This document shows, piece after piece, positions 36,455 to 46,700 of a DNA stretch of 64,000 nt. Location of the stretch: the NCBI GenBank assembly GCA_046290225.1, contig JBKAGE010000079.1:192001-256000 (forward strand), written 5' to 3'. A model generated the notes under the pieces. The model saw nothing but the letters and a program-made list of their open reading frames with translations. It was not told the origin of the DNA and did no database searches. The stretch is from Bradymonadia bacterium. GTDB lineage: Bacteria > Myxococcota_A > Bradymonadia > UBA7976 > UBA1532. Position 1 is the first letter of the stretch. Each line of letters starts with the position of its first letter. Position numbers and translations under genes: made by a program.

Positions 36455-37627
36455 TCAACCGTGAATGAGGTGGTGCAGGGCGTCGCCCATCTGCTGAGCC
36501 AACTCAATGTCCTGAGTACCCCGAGTGTCATCGTCGATCACCAGCACCCAATCGTCGTCGAAGTGCCAGCGCGCCTCGTTGCCGTAGATGTTGTCCGGCA
36601 ACTCTGCTGTGGGCATCCACCGAGCGCTGCAGCCCTCGGCGGGCAGGCGCACTCGGTCGTCGCCTGGACGCTCAGCCAACTTGAGGAGCACCTGCGCCAG
36701 ATGGGTGTCGAAGAGGTTGGCCTGCGAAAAGTGGCTGTGGGTCAAACAGCTGCCGAAGAGCGTGCTCCCTTGAAAGTTCGCTCTGGTGAAGATGGCGTCG
36801 GTGAAGTTGGCCCCCATCATCCCCGCGCTGCGCATGACCGCATCGGTGAGATCAGCCCCAGCGAAGTTCGTCCCGTAGCACGTCGTTTGAAAGAAGGTGC
36901 ATCCCACGAGCCGCGCCTTCGACAAATCGGCCCGGCGGAGCGATGAGTTCTCAAAGGTGAGGCCGCTCAGGTTCGCGCCGTCGAGGTGTGACTCGGTGAG
37001 GTCGACGAAGGAGAGCGTGCTTGAGCCATCGCCGGTGAGATCTACGCCCCGAAGATCGACCCTCGGCAGAGGGGCGCCCTTGAGGTGGGTGTACCCATCA
37101 CGGATCGCCGCAACGAGCAGATCAAGGCGGAAGCACCCAGAGGCGTCGAGGCCTGCCATGGGCCACAGCGGCGTGCCGTCGAAGGAGGTCACCTCCGCGC
37201 CGGAGAGGCTCGCCCCCTCGAATCGAGGTACGTAGAGATCCGCAGATCGCATCCGCGCACCCTTGAGGCGCGCATTGGAGAGGTTGGTCCCGTGCAACCG
37301 CGCGCCGTCCATGTGTGCGTCTGTGAGATCGGCATCGCTGAGCTCTGCGTTGCTGAGATCGGCGCCGGAGAGGTCGGCACCTCGCAGACAGGCACCGTAC
37401 AGACGGGCACCGCTGAGATCCGCTTTCGCCAAGGAGGCACCAGAGAGATCGGCGTTGTCGAACCGCGCAGCGCCGAGGTTCGCCCCGCTCAAATCCACCT
37501 CTGAGAGATCAGCTTTTCTGAAGCTGATGCCCCGCACATTCAACTGACCCTTGCGGTTGCGCTTGGGGGGCTTTCCCTTGAGTGCTGTGAGCACAGTGAC
37601 CGGATCTCGAAGGGAGGAGGTGCTCAT
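36455..37627 (-). CDS. Pentapeptide-repeat protein (paralogue B)
   Basis: Same architecture as paralogue A (MSTSSLRDP..., WPMAGLDAS, QMGDALHHLIHG). Alternative ATG at 37636. Confidence 0.88.
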   Translation of the reverse strand: MSTSSLRDPVTVLTALKGKPPKRNRKGQLNVRGISFRKADLSEVDLSGANLGAARFDNADLSGASLAKADLSGARLYGACLRGADLSGADLSNAELSDADLTDAHMDGARLHGTNLSNARLKGARMRSADLYVPRFEGASLSGAEVTSFDGTPLWPMAGLDASGCFRLDLLVAAIRDGYTHLKGAPLPRVDLRGVDLTGDGSSTLSFVDLTESHLDGANLSGLTFENSSLRRADLSKARLVGCTFFQTTCYGTNFAGADLTDAVMRSAGMMGANFTDAIFTRANFQGSTLFGSCLTHSHFSQANLFDTHLAQVLLKLAERPGDDRVRLPAEGCSARWMPTAELPDNIYGNEARWHFDDDWVLVIDDDTRGTQDIELAQQMGDALHHLIHG

Positions 37628-37756
37628 TGCTGTCATTTTAATTACTCAAATTGATTGAGGAACACGCTATATCAATGCAGTATCGTCTCATCAAGGTGTA
37701 GCTCGTTAAATATCATGGTGCTCGCAGTGTGATGAACTCGACCGAGTGAGGCATGG

Positions 37757-39193
37757 ATGGATCCCTGGCGCTTCTCTGAAAAAGTCGACCCTTCCCAAGA
37801 CTTCATGTTGCTCACGGCCCTCAGTCAAGGCCTCGCGGGCGCTGGCCGGTGGCCCATGCTCGCTCGACGGATTCTGAGGGCTCTGCAGCCTATGGTGCAC
37901 GGCGTCGAAATCGGCCGCCTTGAGCACTTTGGCGCCCCTGTGGCTGCGGGCCACCGCGTCGATCGCTGGGGGCGTTGGGACACCGAGCGCCACCAGGACG
38001 CGTCACTGTGGGCGGCCGCTCAGGAAGAGGGTCGCCCGATCACTCGGGGGGTCAACCACGATCACATCGGCCCGGAGCTCCACCCGTGGCAGCCCGTGGG
38101 CACTGCCCACATCATCCTCGCCGCCTCTGTCCACATCGTGGGCCTGCATGATGGCTATGTGGTGTTGCACCTCGGGCCCGAGGCTCAGGGCAGCCCGCTG
38201 ATGAATCCACAGTGTATCGACGTCGTGGTGCAGATGATCACCGCCGCGATGGTGGTGGCCCGACGAGAGCACCGAGTGGCCACCCGGTGTCGCTTGGCCC
38301 ATCAGCGGGTGCGGGTGCAACAACAGCGCATCGAGGTCGAAACCCAGCCATGGGGGCTCCGAGGTCACAGTCCGTTGATCGAGGGTGTACGTGGGCGAGC
38401 TCGGCAGATGGCTCAACTCCATCAACCTGGTCTGATCACCGGAGAAGTGGGTTGCGGGCACTGGGCCGCAGCGCAATACGTGCATCAGATCAGCAGGCGC
38501 GCGAGTCGGCCAATTGTTCGGTTTTCGTGTGCTGGCCTGCCTGCCTCAGGTGAGATCAACGCGTTGTGTGGTGCCGAGGGTCCCTTGAGCCAACCCCACG
38601 GGGGCACCGTGGTGCTTGAGGGGGTCGAGGCGTTGAGCCCGGGGGCGCAGCTCTCCCTCGCTCAACAACTCGCTGACAGAGAGGCGCCGCTCCCAGCGAT
38701 CATCGCCACCACCAGCACCTTCGACGCCTTGAGGCCGGAGCTGGCGTGGGCGCTGGCCACGGTGCATGTGCACCTGCCATCCCTCGCCGAGCGCGCCGTC
38801 GATGTCCCCGACATCGTCGAGGCGTGGCTGTTGCGGTGGGCGAGCAAGCGCCAGCGGGCGCTGCCGAGGGTACCTCAGGCCGTGCTCGACCACCTGCGGC
38901 GTCATCCCTGGCCGGGGAACCTGGCCGAGCTCGAAGGGGCCCTGACGCGCGCCCTCGCCGTGGGCCACAACGGGGAGCTTGGGCTGCCCGATCTCGGTCC
39001 GCCGCCGAGTCCGGAGACTCCAGTACAGACATTTGAAGAAGCGGTGAAGTCGTGCATCACGGCGGCGCTGAAGGCCACAGGAGGGTCGATCTATGGCCCG
39101 GACGGCGCCGCTGCGATGTTGGGGCTCAACCCCAGCACGCTGCAGAGCAAGATGCGCAAGTACCGCATCAGGCGAGCACCGTTCACGCAGTAA
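37757..39193 (+). CDS. Degenerate sigma54-activator-like (FhlA-type) regulator: GAF-like + inactive AAA+ + Fis HTH
   Basis: ITGEVGCGH (Walker A without Lys), no GAFTGA, VLEGVE (Walker B lost), WPGNLAEL, HTH GSIYGPDGAAAMLGLNPSTLQSKMRK. Confidence 0.8.
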   Translation: MDPWRFSEKVDPSQDFMLLTALSQGLAGAGRWPMLARRILRALQPMVHGVEIGRLEHFGAPVAAGHRVDRWGRWDTERHQDASLWAAAQEEGRPITRGVNHDHIGPELHPWQPVGTAHIILAASVHIVGLHDGYVVLHLGPEAQGSPLMNPQCIDVVVQMITAAMVVARREHRVATRCRLAHQRVRVQQQRIEVETQPWGLRGHSPLIEGVRGRARQMAQLHQPGLITGEVGCGHWAAAQYVHQISRRASRPIVRFSCAGLPASGEINALCGAEGPLSQPHGGTVVLEGVEALSPGAQLSLAQQLADREAPLPAIIATTSTFDALRPELAWALATVHVHLPSLAERAVDVPDIVEAWLLRWASKRQRALPRVPQAVLDHLRRHPWPGNLAELEGALTRALAVGHNGELGLPDLGPPPSPETPVQTFEEAVKSCITAALKATGGSIYGPDGAAAMLGLNPSTLQSKMRKYRIRRAPFTQ

Positions 39194-39202
39194 AGGCGTT
39201 GA

Positions 39203-41575
39203 TCAGAGCTGCTCGAGGAACTCGATCAGCGTGCCGCGATCTTCGGCGGTGAGGGCCTCGTAGGCCACCCGAGCAGCTTCGCCCTCGGCGAAGTGGGCCA
39301 TGATGGCGGCGTCGAGGTTGGAGGCGCTGCCGTCGTGCATGTAGGGCGCAGTGTCGCTGATGCCCCACAGGGGCGGCGTGCGGTAGAGGCGGGGCTCGAT
39401 GCCCGCCTCGACGATGCCTGTGTGGTTCATCGACACCACATCGTGGAGCAGCAGGTCGGAGAACAGGTTCACCGGCCCGTCGGCGCCGGGCAGGGCAGGG
39501 GTGTGGCAGTCGGCACAGCCCACCTGCTCGAAGATCGACAGACCCTTCTCGCTGGGCGTCGACTTCGGCGCCGGGGCCCCAAGGTGCTCCATGAAGAAGG
39601 CCAGATCGTCGAGCATCTCGGGCTCAGCCTCGGGATCAGCCTCGCCATCAGCGTCTTCGAGGAAGCCGAAGGTGAAGCCCTCTTCCTCGGGTACGGTGAG
39701 GCCCAGCTCGTTGCTCATGGCGTCGCGGATGAACTCCTTGATGCTCGGGACACCGGCCTTCCAGCCGAAGCGCCCCAGCCGGCCATCGGCCAGATAGTGA
39801 GCGACACCCCTGATGCCGTCGCCGTCGAGATCTTCGGGATCTGCGTTGGCCACGATGGCCTCTTCGGAGATGCTCTCGATGAGGCCCAGGCCCAGAGTGG
39901 TGGGGGTCTGACGGGGCTCGAACACATTGTGCCCCGTTCCGTGCTCTCGCCGCCGCAGGTGCGGGTCGGACAGTTTCGCCAGCAGCGTGCCGTACTCAGG
40001 TGAGATGAACTCACCCTCGTCGTCGAAAGTGCCCGTGCGCATCACGTTCACTCCGATGGGGCCCGCCCCACCGATGATGGGATCGAAGTGGCAGGCGCGG
40101 CAGCTGTCGCCGTTGAAGTAGGGGCCCAGGCCGTCCTTGCGGAAGAACTCGCGATCGTACACAGCCCGGCCGCGGATCCACTTCTCCTCCTCCACCGAGG
40201 TGAGAGGGCGGGTGGGGCCACCGGTGGCTCCGACCTCGGGAACGGGGGTCTCGGGATGCAGCATGCCGCCGTCCACCTCGCTGCGGCCGCCGAGGCTCAG
40301 CAGAAACTCTTCGAGATCGGTCTTCTGATCCGCCTCGAGCTCCATGTAGGCCTTACGGGCCCGCTCACCCTCACCGCCGTGGGCCATGATGGCCTCTTCG
40401 ATGGTGTCGGCGCGGCCGTCGGACATGTAGGGGGCATTCGCCGCGAGGCCCCAGAGGGGCTGGGTGCGGAACTCGCTGGCAGTGGCCAGGCCCATCTCGA
40501 TGCCGTCGCCGTTCTCCTCGCCCATGTCGTGGAGCAGCAGGTCGGAGTAGAGGGGCACCAGACCCCGAGGACCCTCGAGGGTGGGCACGTGGCAGCTGGC
40601 GCAGCCGATCTCGGTGAAGTAGGTCAGCCCACGCTCGGTTTGCGCCGTGGGCGCGTCGGGCACTGGTGCTGCCAGGAGCATGGCCCAGCTGACGAGGGCG
40701 AAGAGATCGTCGTTCGACAGCTCGGGATCAGGCACGTCGTCATCGTCGAAGAGCGGCGTACCGGGGGCTGCAGCCTGGGCTTGGGTCACCACACCAAAGG
40801 CGAGGCCCTGCTCCATGGTGCCGAAGTTCCCGTCAGCGTTGGAGGGCACCGGCAGGCGGGCGCGCTCGTCCTCGGTGAGGGGGTTCGAGGTGATGCCGGC
40901 GTGGTTGTTCAAGGGGCCGCGGATGAAGCCCTCGATGTTCGCCGTCTGCGACTTGGTGCCGAAGCGGCCCAGAAAGCCGTCGGAGTAGTTCGGACGACCA
41001 CTGACACCGTCGCCATCGGCATCATCCGGATCAGCGTTGGCCAGAATGACCTCATCGGGCAGCTCGGCGATGAGGCCGATCCCGAAGAAGGGGATCGGGT
41101 TGCGTTGAGCAGAGACGTTCACGACCTCTGGCACCCGGGGGCGGGTCACGCCGTCGACGGTGCCGTAGCTGCTCACCACACCGCCGCGCTCTTCGGGCAC
41201 CGGTAGATAGGCACCGTCGGCGGTTTTCTCCGCGGTGATGTAGAAGTTGCGGTATCGGCCTGCGGTGCCGCCAAAGTCAGGCTTCTCGTGGCATGCTCCA
41301 CAGAACGAGACGTTGAATTGAGGGCCGAGGCCCTCTTCAGGTGTGAAACGTCTTCGCGCCACCTCGAGGCCTCTGTCGAAGACCTCTTTTTGCTCGGCGG
41401 TGGCGGCGGGCATGATCTCGCCGGGGCGAGCGAAGATGCCTTCGGCGATGGTCGCCTCGGGTTTCGTGGGGTCCGTGCTCTGTGTCTCGTCGTCACAGCC
41501 CACGAGGGCTGCCGAGAGGGTCATCATCCATACACCAGAAACCGCAAAGCGTCGCGTCATGCTCAAACCTTTCAT
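39203..41575 (-). CDS. Lipoprotein with two tandem di-haem oxidoreductase (DUF1111-like) domains, 4 CxxCH
   Basis: Lipobox LVGC. Repeated modules GLGPxFN-CxxCH...GRFGxK...CxxCH...SDLLLHD...RTxPLWG...PYMxDG. Haem motifs at about 41288, 40589, 40088 and 39503. Alternative start at 41560. Confidence 0.85.
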   Translation of the reverse strand: MKGLSMTRRFAVSGVWMMTLSAALVGCDDETQSTDPTKPEATIAEGIFARPGEIMPAATAEQKEVFDRGLEVARRRFTPEEGLGPQFNVSFCGACHEKPDFGGTAGRYRNFYITAEKTADGAYLPVPEERGGVVSSYGTVDGVTRPRVPEVVNVSAQRNPIPFFGIGLIAELPDEVILANADPDDADGDGVSGRPNYSDGFLGRFGTKSQTANIEGFIRGPLNNHAGITSNPLTEDERARLPVPSNADGNFGTMEQGLAFGVVTQAQAAAPGTPLFDDDDVPDPELSNDDLFALVSWAMLLAAPVPDAPTAQTERGLTYFTEIGCASCHVPTLEGPRGLVPLYSDLLLHDMGEENGDGIEMGLATASEFRTQPLWGLAANAPYMSDGRADTIEEAIMAHGGEGERARKAYMELEADQKTDLEEFLLSLGGRSEVDGGMLHPETPVPEVGATGGPTRPLTSVEEEKWIRGRAVYDREFFRKDGLGPYFNGDSCRACHFDPIIGGAGPIGVNVMRTGTFDDEGEFISPEYGTLLAKLSDPHLRRREHGTGHNVFEPRQTPTTLGLGLIESISEEAIVANADPEDLDGDGIRGVAHYLADGRLGRFGWKAGVPSIKEFIRDAMSNELGLTVPEEEGFTFGFLEDADGEADPEAEPEMLDDLAFFMEHLGAPAPKSTPSEKGLSIFEQVGCADCHTPALPGADGPVNLFSDLLLHDVVSMNHTGIVEAGIEPRLYRTPPLWGISDTAPYMHDGSASNLDAAIMAHFAEGEAARVAYEALTAEDRGTLIEFLEQL

Positions 41576-42606
41576 CAACGGCCCTCCAGCACGACACCTT
41601 CGTACGGCGGGGCCATGTCCAGGCTGCCGCCCACGGCGAAGAGGGTGCCCTCGGGGGACCCCCACACGGCGTGGAGCACCAGCAATGTACCGCTCTGATC
41701 CCGATCGAAATCAAACCCTTCTGCAATCCGGGCGGCGCTGCCCCGGTTACCGACCACCTGCACCTGCCCCGCAGCAGACATCCAGATGCCGTTGAGCCCT
41801 GGCAGGCCCGCCAGATCAGAGGTCTGCCAGGCGGTGCCGTCCCAGCGGGACAGCACACCACCGGCGCGGCCACCGACAACAGCGATGTCGTCCGGCCCGG
41901 AACCCCAGAGGCTGATCAAATCTTCACCGGTGCCTGTGGTCTCCTGAGCCCACTCGGTGCCGTTGTAGCGCAGGAGCACCCCACGGCCGCCTACAGCAAT
42001 TACGTTGTCGGGCCCCGTGCCCCAGACCTTGAACAGGGCCTTGGGGGCCGTGCGATCGAGGGCGGGCAGGGGCACCTGGCTCCAGGCGGTGCCGTCGAAG
42101 TGCAGAAGTACGGGCTGGGGCTCTTCGTCTGCAGGGCGCAGAGCATCCCCACCGACGGCCCACACATCATCAGGGGCCGCAGCCCAGACCCCCCACAACG
42201 GATCAGTGACGCCCGTGTCGGTGGCCTCGAAGTTGCCATCGCCGGTCTTGCGCAGTGCCCGACCGTTATTGCCCACCACCCAGAGGGTGTCTCCGGCACC
42301 ATGCACCCAGTTGAGCAGGGGGCCGTCGGGCACATCGGAGGCTTTGGTCCAGCCATCGGCATCACGGTGGTAGATCACCCCCGCCTCGGGCTGACCACCC
42401 ACCGTCCACACGTCGGTCTCACTCGTGCCCCACACGCTCATGAACGTGCCTTCGTCACCGGGCTCGAAGCCCGCACCCCAGGTGACCTCTTCAGAGGTGC
42501 CCGCGTCGGGTGTCGTCTCGCTGCTTTCGTCGCTGCCGCAGGCTACGAGAGTGAGCAGAAGGGTGGTGAAACCGAAGGCTTTCAGATGGGTGTGTGTGAA
42601 GTGCAT
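41575..42606 (-). CDS. Lipoprotein with (V/L)WGxxxDDVWAVG beta-propeller-type repeats
   Basis: Lipobox LVAC. Repeats SVWGTSETDVWTVG, GVWAAAPDDVWAVG, KVWGTGPDNVIAVG, SLWGSGPDDIAVVG, AVWGSPEGTLFAVG. TGATG overlap with the downstream gene. Confidence 0.8.
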   Translation of the reverse strand: MHFTHTHLKAFGFTTLLLTLVACGSDESSETTPDAGTSEEVTWGAGFEPGDEGTFMSVWGTSETDVWTVGGQPEAGVIYHRDADGWTKASDVPDGPLLNWVHGAGDTLWVVGNNGRALRKTGDGNFEATDTGVTDPLWGVWAAAPDDVWAVGGDALRPADEEPQPVLLHFDGTAWSQVPLPALDRTAPKALFKVWGTGPDNVIAVGGRGVLLRYNGTEWAQETTGTGEDLISLWGSGPDDIAVVGGRAGGVLSRWDGTAWQTSDLAGLPGLNGIWMSAAGQVQVVGNRGSAARIAEGFDFDRDQSGTLLVLHAVWGSPEGTLFAVGGSLDMAPPYEGVVLEGR

Positions 42607-42769
42607 GAGCCCTTGTCGTGTGCCGTTGTTCATGGGTCAGAAGATAGCGGGAAATCAAAAAGGGGGTTCCCATCGGGGTGCAAGTTGTCGTACATGTAGG
42701 GTTTTTGGGGGCGGGGTGCGCGCGGGGGCCGTGACCACGAATCGTCCGACGTGCTTTCATTGCATAGTT

Positions 42770-42785
42770 TCATAAAACGTTATGA
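42770..42785. promoter_or_regulatory. AT-rich palindrome in a divergent promoter region (candidate operator)
   Basis: TCATAA-AACG-TTATGA within an AT-rich island. Confidence 0.5.
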
Positions 42786-42890
42786 TTTCAGCTGTTATAC
42801 GGCCTGTTGGTTTTTCTCTGCGCCTTTGACGGAATATCCGATGGCTTCTGATCGATGGACTGTGGAAGAGCCATATAAAGGATGATTGTC

Positions 42891-43619
42891 ATGGGCAACC
42901 GTTTCTCTCCCCGATTCACTTTGTTGTCATGCCTGCTCACCAGCCTGCTCGGCGTGGGTCTCACCGGCTGTGGTGAAGAGCAAACCCCCGCTGATCCTCA
43001 GGCGAAGGTGGTCATGATGCACACCTCGGGGGTCTTGGGCGAGGTGGTCTTCAGAGTCAACGATGAAGTGGTGGCCCGGTTGAGACCAGGGGCCATGACC
43101 GAGCCTGTCTCGTTGCCCGTGGGCCCCGTCGATTTGAGCATTCGCGCCCCTGGCGCAGCGACCAATCTCATCGACGAGCGCATCGATCTCCGGGCTCAGC
43201 CCTATGTGGTGGCTGTGGTGGGCCAGCAGCTGAGCGATCTGCAGTTCTGGAAGGTGGACGAGCCGGCCCCTGATCTCGCTGAGGGCGAGTCTGCGCTCAA
43301 GGTGGTGAACCTCGATCACGCCGGCTACACCTACGATGTCTACGTCGAAGATGCTGAGGGGGTGCGCCGGCCTCTGGTGAAGGCGCTCGGATACAATGAC
43401 GACTCTCGCTTCACCGAGCTCTCGCTGCCCACATCCGCTGTGGGGACGCCGGAGCATCTCAAGGTGCGTCTGCTGGGCTTCGACATCGGCGACAATCCCG
43501 AAGGCCGCCCGGAGATGTCCGTCGACCTGGAGCTGGTCGACGGGGTGCCCTACATGGCCCTGATTCAGAGTGATCCTCAGACGGACACCCCCTTCTTCTC
43601 CATCATCACTGCTCGCTGA
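42891..43619 (+). CDS. Lipoprotein, DUF4397-like
   Basis: Lipobox LTGC and two beta-sandwich-like repeats (AKVVMMH..., ALKVVNL...YDVYV). AAGGA SD. Confidence 0.6.
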   Translation: MGNRFSPRFTLLSCLLTSLLGVGLTGCGEEQTPADPQAKVVMMHTSGVLGEVVFRVNDEVVARLRPGAMTEPVSLPVGPVDLSIRAPGAATNLIDERIDLRAQPYVVAVVGQQLSDLQFWKVDEPAPDLAEGESALKVVNLDHAGYTYDVYVEDAEGVRRPLVKALGYNDDSRFTELSLPTSAVGTPEHLKVRLLGFDIGDNPEGRPEMSVDLELVDGVPYMALIQSDPQTDTPFFSIITAR

Positions 43620-43750
43620 GTCTGCCCGGGCACCCTCCACATCACCGAGCCCCTCAGAACGAGCCTGCCTCCGAACTCCGCGATTGCCCTGCCGTTCCCC
43701 TCGAGAATGATGATAAAACCACCTCGACGTGCGTCAGAGGAGAGGGACAT

Positions 43751-46700
43751 ATGCGGAGGGTGATCAGGACTGTCTGCCTGGCATCCGTGCTCGGGTCCAT
43801 GGCGGCCTGCGACGATGGCGATCAAAATCCCGATGTGCCCAGCGCCGACGCGCGCCCTGACACGTCCATGACGGACGCTGCGTTTGCTGAGGACATGTCG
43901 GTCGACGTCCCTGACGATGGCACTCAGGACGCCCGTATGGCTGATGCTGGGCCTCTGGACGCTGATGTGCCTGATGTCCTGCCATCAGATGCAGACACAC
44001 CTGATGCTGTCCTCCGCGATATGGAGCTTCTGGATGGAGACATTCCAGATGTAGAGCGCCTCGATGCTGAAACATCAGACTCTGATGTCGCTGACGTTGA
44101 GATTCGAGACGTAGAGATCCCAGACGTAGAGATCCCAGACGTAGAGATCCCAGACGCAGAGATTCCAGACAGCACGCCGCCTGACATGATGATCATCGTA
44201 CCTCCGGATGCCGAGGTGCCCGATCTCGAAGTCCCCGATGTCGAAGTCCCCGACGTCGAGGTGCCAGATGTCGAAATCCCCGATGCGGAAATCCCTGATG
44301 TCGAGGTCCCGGACCTGGAGGTGCCCGACGCTGCCTGTGTGCCTGTGGACGAGGCATGCAATGGCCTGGACGACGACTGTGATGGCAACAGCGACGAGTC
44401 GATCTCGCCGAGGCTGTGTTTCGTCGAGGGCCTGGGCCTGTGCGGGCAGGGGACAACTGTGTGCGAGGGTGGAGTCGAGCGTTGTGAAGCTCGGGTCGAT
44501 GTCCCGGTCGACGAGATCTGTGACAGCCAGGACAATGATTGTGACGGCCTCGTAGATGAAGCCCTCGCCAGCGTCGAGGTGGTTGTGGAGCCCGCCCCGG
44601 AGAGCGTCACTGTTGTGGACGCGCGCTGGGCCGAGGGGCATCGGATCACTGCCTACATCGCCGACGGCACGCTCGAACTGCGCGGAGGAGCTGCACCCTC
44701 ATCCAGCCCGGGACGCATCGAGGGGGGAGGGTGGTCTCGAGTCATAGGCCCCATCGAGGAGGCCGCCAGCACCGCCGTGGCGCTCGTCGAGGGCACACCG
44801 CAGGCCGCGGTGGCGTACGTGACCCGAGATGGGAACTTCGTGGAGCAGGTCACCCTCCAGGTGCTCGATGACCTCGCCGAGATCCCGGCGCCTTTGCCTG
44901 AGGGGATCCGCCTCAGCGAGGGGATCGCCCGTGGCGCGGCACCTCATCTCATTCGCGGCCATGGTCATTGGGCGGTGACCTGGCTCGACGCACGTCACGG
45001 GAACGACGAGATCTATTTTGCCCTCAGCGATGGCGCAGGCATCGACCACACCGTGCGGGTGAGCGCTCACGTCAGTCGCTCTGCGCGACCTGTCGTGGCG
45101 GCTCGCCCGGAGGGCTATGCCGTGATCTGGCTCGATGATCGAGATGGGGCCAGGCGGCTGTATTTCAGAGCTCTCGACGAGGCAGGCGACCCCTACACCG
45201 AGGAGTTGCAACTCACCGAGCCCCTCGTAGAAGAAGCAACCCTGGTCTGGGATGGCTCAGCCTATGGTGTGCTCTATGGTGTCGACGAAGGCGGCGCCGC
45301 ACCGTCTTTGTATCTGCTGAGGGTCAATCATCAAGGCCGCCCTTTGGGTGATCCGTTGCCAGTGGGCAGCGGCCGAGGGCCGAAGATCGCGTTCAACGGC
45401 AGCCGCTACGTGCTGACGTGGCGAGGCGTAGATGGCGTGCCCAGGCTGACCCGGAGAGAGCCTGGAGCGCCCTTTGGGCCACCGGCTGCAACCCTGGCGC
45501 CTGCAGCGTCGAGCGTCGGTGTCGCTCTGCTCAGCTCCAACACCGACAGCACCGTGATCAGCCTGACCGAAGAGGGCACCATCGAGCGCATCTCCGGCAA
45601 CCTCGCCGGGTGCGGCGGGCAGCTGGGCTGTGTGCCAGAGGTCTTTACGCCACAGATCGTGTGTGGTGTCGGGCTGTGTCGGGCAGATGCCGAGCCTTCT
45701 CGTTGTGTCGACGGCCTCGTACAGCAGTGTGTGCCCGGCGTGCCGAGCCCTGTGGAGATCGCCTGTGATGGCGCCGACGAAGATTGCAACGGCGTCGTGG
45801 ACGATCCGCCATTGCTCGCAGAGGCTGAATCGGTCCTCGTCTCTTTCGAGTCAGAGCCCGACAGCCCCGAAGCGGCCTGGACCGGCACATCGGTGGGTGT
45901 GGGCTGGATCGACGAGATCAGCGGCAACGCCGAAGTGAAATTCCAGGTGTTCACCCTCGAGGGGGAGCCACTGAGCCCACCATTGTCCATCACCGAGCAT
46001 GGTGCCCGATCCGCCGGGTTGCGCGTCGTGTTCAGCGGATCCACTTTCGGGATCACCTGGTACGACAACCGGGCAGGCAATGACGACATCTACTTCGCCT
46101 TGGTGAGTGCCGATGGCGATGCCCTCGGAGAGCCCATCGCCATCACCGATGGAGACGGCCGCCAGCAGACACCGGACCTGAGCTTCGACGGGCGACACTT
46201 CAATGTGGTCTGGCGCGACTTCAGGGCCGGCGAAGGCAACGAGATCTATCTCTCGCAAATCGACACCGGCGGCCAGCTGATCGTCGATCAGCTGCCGCTC
46301 ACCGCCAGCCCGCTGAGCGCAGTGAGCCCCACTGTGGCCTCCATGAGCGCCGCCGAGGGTATGGGGGTGGTGTGGCGAATGGGCCAGGGTGGTCTGCAGG
46401 ACCTGTGGTTCGGGCGCTACGACAGCGCAGGTGTGGCTGCGGATGAGCCTCAGCAGATCACCGACAGCGGCGTGGTGTTGGCACCCGACCTGGTGTGGAC
46501 AGGCACACACTTCGGGCTCACGTGGGTCGATCGACGCAACGCCACTGAAGACGTCTTCTTCCAGCTGGTCTCTCCGGAAGGCCAGGCCATCGGTGAGCCT
46601 GTCGCCGTGGCAGATGGCCCGAGGAGCGCGCTGAACCCTCAGATCAGCTGGCTCGGATCACACTTCGCCCTGATCTGGGACGAGGACAGTGGGGGCATCT

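Noticed and set aside
35149..36560. Diversity-generating retroelement TR/VR pair at the pentapeptide gene 3' ends
   Set aside because: The differences are synonymous changes and indels rather than adenine-specific, and there is no reverse transcriptase in the window.
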